Source: an uncultured Desulfobacterales bacterium
GTDB lineage: Bacteria > Desulfobacterota > Dissulfuribacteria > Dissulfuribacterales > QOAL01
Length of the DNA: 64,000 nt
Reading direction: 5' to 3'
NCBI GenBank assembly: GCA_964573805.1
Contig: CAZNKP010000020.1
Span: forward strand, 75,647-139,646
The stretch's first letter is position 1, and each line of letters starts with the position of its first letter. The position numbers and the translations under genes are program-made. The notes below the pieces were generated by a model. The model was not told the origin of the DNA. It did not search any database and worked only from the letters and a program-made list of their open reading frames with translations. This document shows, in pieces, positions 62,866 through 64,000 of this stretch.

Positions 62866-63534
62866 TTAGGCGAATTCTCCTCTAACTATTTCGCCTTCTA
62901 TCAAATAGATAACCTCTTCAGCTATATTTGTTGCCCGGTCTGCAATCCTTTCCAAGTGTCTTGCAAGGATGTAGCAGTCAATTAGATATCTTGCCGCCTC
63001 AGGCTGTTTCTGTATTTCTTCTATCACCCTGTTATAATGTATAGTCCTGAGCTTATCCACGTCATCATCCAGGATGAATATCCGATGGGCCATATCGCTG
63101 TCCTGATATGTAATAGCGTCTAGCGCAAGTTTGAACATCTTTAACACGGCAGAGATCATATCGTCATAGTCAGGCTTGTACTTCATTTTGACCTTGGCCT
63201 TTGAAAGATCCCTTACCCTTCTCGCTATGCTAACTGCATAATCGCCAATACGTTCAAGTTCGTTATTGATTTTTATTATGGCTATAACCACTCGCAAATC
63301 TTTAGCTACCGGTTGATACAAAGCCAATATTTTCAGGCATTCTTCTTCAATATCAATTTCTAGCTCATCAATTTCATAATCTGACGAGGAGACAAAGGTT
63401 ATAAGCTTTTCATCTCCAGTCCTTATTGCCTCACACGCCTTCCTGATCCTGTCTTCTACAAGGGCACCAAGCCCGAGAAACTTTTCAAAGAGTTTGTCAA
63501 GCTGTTTGTGAAAGGTGTAGCGATGAGGTGTCAT
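62866..63534 (-). CDS. phoU: Phosphate signalling complex protein PhoU
   Basis: Two PhoU repeats (NELERIGDYAVSIA and RHLERIADRATNIAE). Start set at ATG 63534, preceded by GGAGG. The ORF opens at 63546. Confidence 0.9.
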   Translation of the reverse strand: MTPHRYTFHKQLDKLFEKFLGLGALVEDRIRKACEAIRTGDEKLITFVSSSDYEIDELEIDIEEECLKILALYQPVAKDLRVVIAIIKINNELERIGDYAVSIARRVRDLSKAKVKMKYKPDYDDMISAVLKMFKLALDAITYQDSDMAHRIFILDDDVDKLRTIHYNRVIEEIQKQPEAARYLIDCYILARHLERIADRATNIAEEVIYLIEGEIVRGEFA

Positions 63535-63692
63535 GGCTTCCTCCATTTTTAGTGTGCAAGGCTACAAGACAAAGTTTAGAGTTATGTTAATATTAGTTTA
63601 AATAATTATTAAAGTTTGTTTTTTTTATTGCTTTAAATAAAAAAGTTTAACATTATCTCAAGGCAAAAATCCACTGTTTTAAACAATTTCTT

Positions 63693-64000
63693 ATGCCTAA
63701 AAAGACAATTTTAGTTGTGGAAGACGAGGAAGATATCCAGCAACTTGTTAGCTTTAATTTAATCAAAGAAGATTTTTTTGTCCTTTGCGCAGACGATGGG
63801 GACGAATGCCTTGAAAAATTCTGCCAAGAACATGTTGATCTGATAATTCTGGATATCATGCTCCCTGGCAAAAGTGGTCTTGATGTCTGTAGACTAATTC
63901 GTGAAGATCCCAGAGGCTCTGCCATACCTATCATCATACTTACTGCAAAGTCTGAAGAGGATGACATTGTAAAAGGATTAGAGTCTGGGGCAGATGACTA
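63693..64000 (+). CDS. Response regulator receiver domain (OmpR/PhoB-like), 3'-truncated by the window edge
   Basis: Absent from the ORF track because no stop lies in the window. ATG 63693 gives MPKKTILVVEDEEDIQQLVSFNL...DLIILDIMLPGKSGLDVCRLIR...IPIIILTAKSEEDDIVKGLESGADD. Divergent from phoU. Confidence 0.85.
   Translation, partial: MPKKTILVVEDEEDIQQLVSFNLIKEDFFVLCADDGDECLEKFCQEHVDLIILDIMLPGKSGLDVCRLIREDPRGSAIPIIILTAKSEEDDIVKGLESGADD

Noticed and set aside
63653-63967. 104-aa minus-strand ORF at the right edge
   Set aside because: It is antisense to a clear response-regulator receiver domain on the plus strand (ATG 63693, runs off the window). Its translation is Ser-rich and non-protein-like.
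1-64000. Search by eye for CRISPR arrays, rRNA/tRNA genes, IS elements, integrases, phage genes, toxin-antitoxin pairs and known defence-system genes
   Set aside because: No regularly spaced repeats, no tRNA-like T-arm or acceptor patterns in the few intergenic gaps, and no transposase, recombinase or reverse-transcriptase-like translations in the ORF track. A covariance-model scan (tRNAscan/Infernal) would still be needed to exclude small RNAs.

Overview
The window reads as an ordinary chromosomal segment of an anaerobic, probably sulfate-reducing Desulfobacterota-type bacterium. That lineage guess rests only on gene content (formate dehydrogenase Fe-S and cytochrome b subunits, a tungsten-type aldehyde:ferredoxin oxidoreductase, LarC, ThyX) and is low confidence. 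All domain and family calls were made by eye from the supplied translations and raw sequence, with no database search. I call about 58 protein-coding genes and found no rRNA, tRNA, CRISPR array, transposase, integrase or phage genes. Left to right: FDH beta/gamma subunits, a NamZ-like DUF1343 protein and an AOR module (1-5.3 kb). Then an AT-rich 1.1 kb gene-poor gap and a secreted CARDB-repeat protein (5.3-7.7 kb). Then a minus-strand block of nhaA, a K+ channel, two half-size PqiA/LetA genes and a 7-MCE LetB-like protein (7.8-13.9 kb). Then an RND efflux operon whose outer-membrane factor carries an N-terminal periplasmic-binding-protein-like domain (14.8-21.5 kb), and an MCP whose first transmembrane helix lies in another frame (22.2-23.8 kb). 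Then one minus-strand operon joining an RsbR/RsbS/RsbT stressosome-type module, a GHKL-PP2C phosphatase, a histidine-kinase-like protein with Asp at the expected His position, and YdbH-like/YdbL-like envelope proteins (23.8-30.1 kb). Then an 11-gene MSHA-like type IV filament locus (30.3-41.1 kb) and an MCP-CheW pair. The rest is housekeeping (thpR, cinA, pgpA, larC, nadB, thyX, purM, ftsY, IHF/HU, phoU, partial PhoB-like regulator) interleaved with envelope-polysaccharide genes and a radical-SAM/deaminase/Cys-rich three-gene operon. The best candidates for under-described biology are the stressosome-to-envelope operon, the rearranged MSHA-like filament locus, the SBP-TolC fusion and the split-LetA/LetB system. 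None of these can be shown to be novel from sequence alone.
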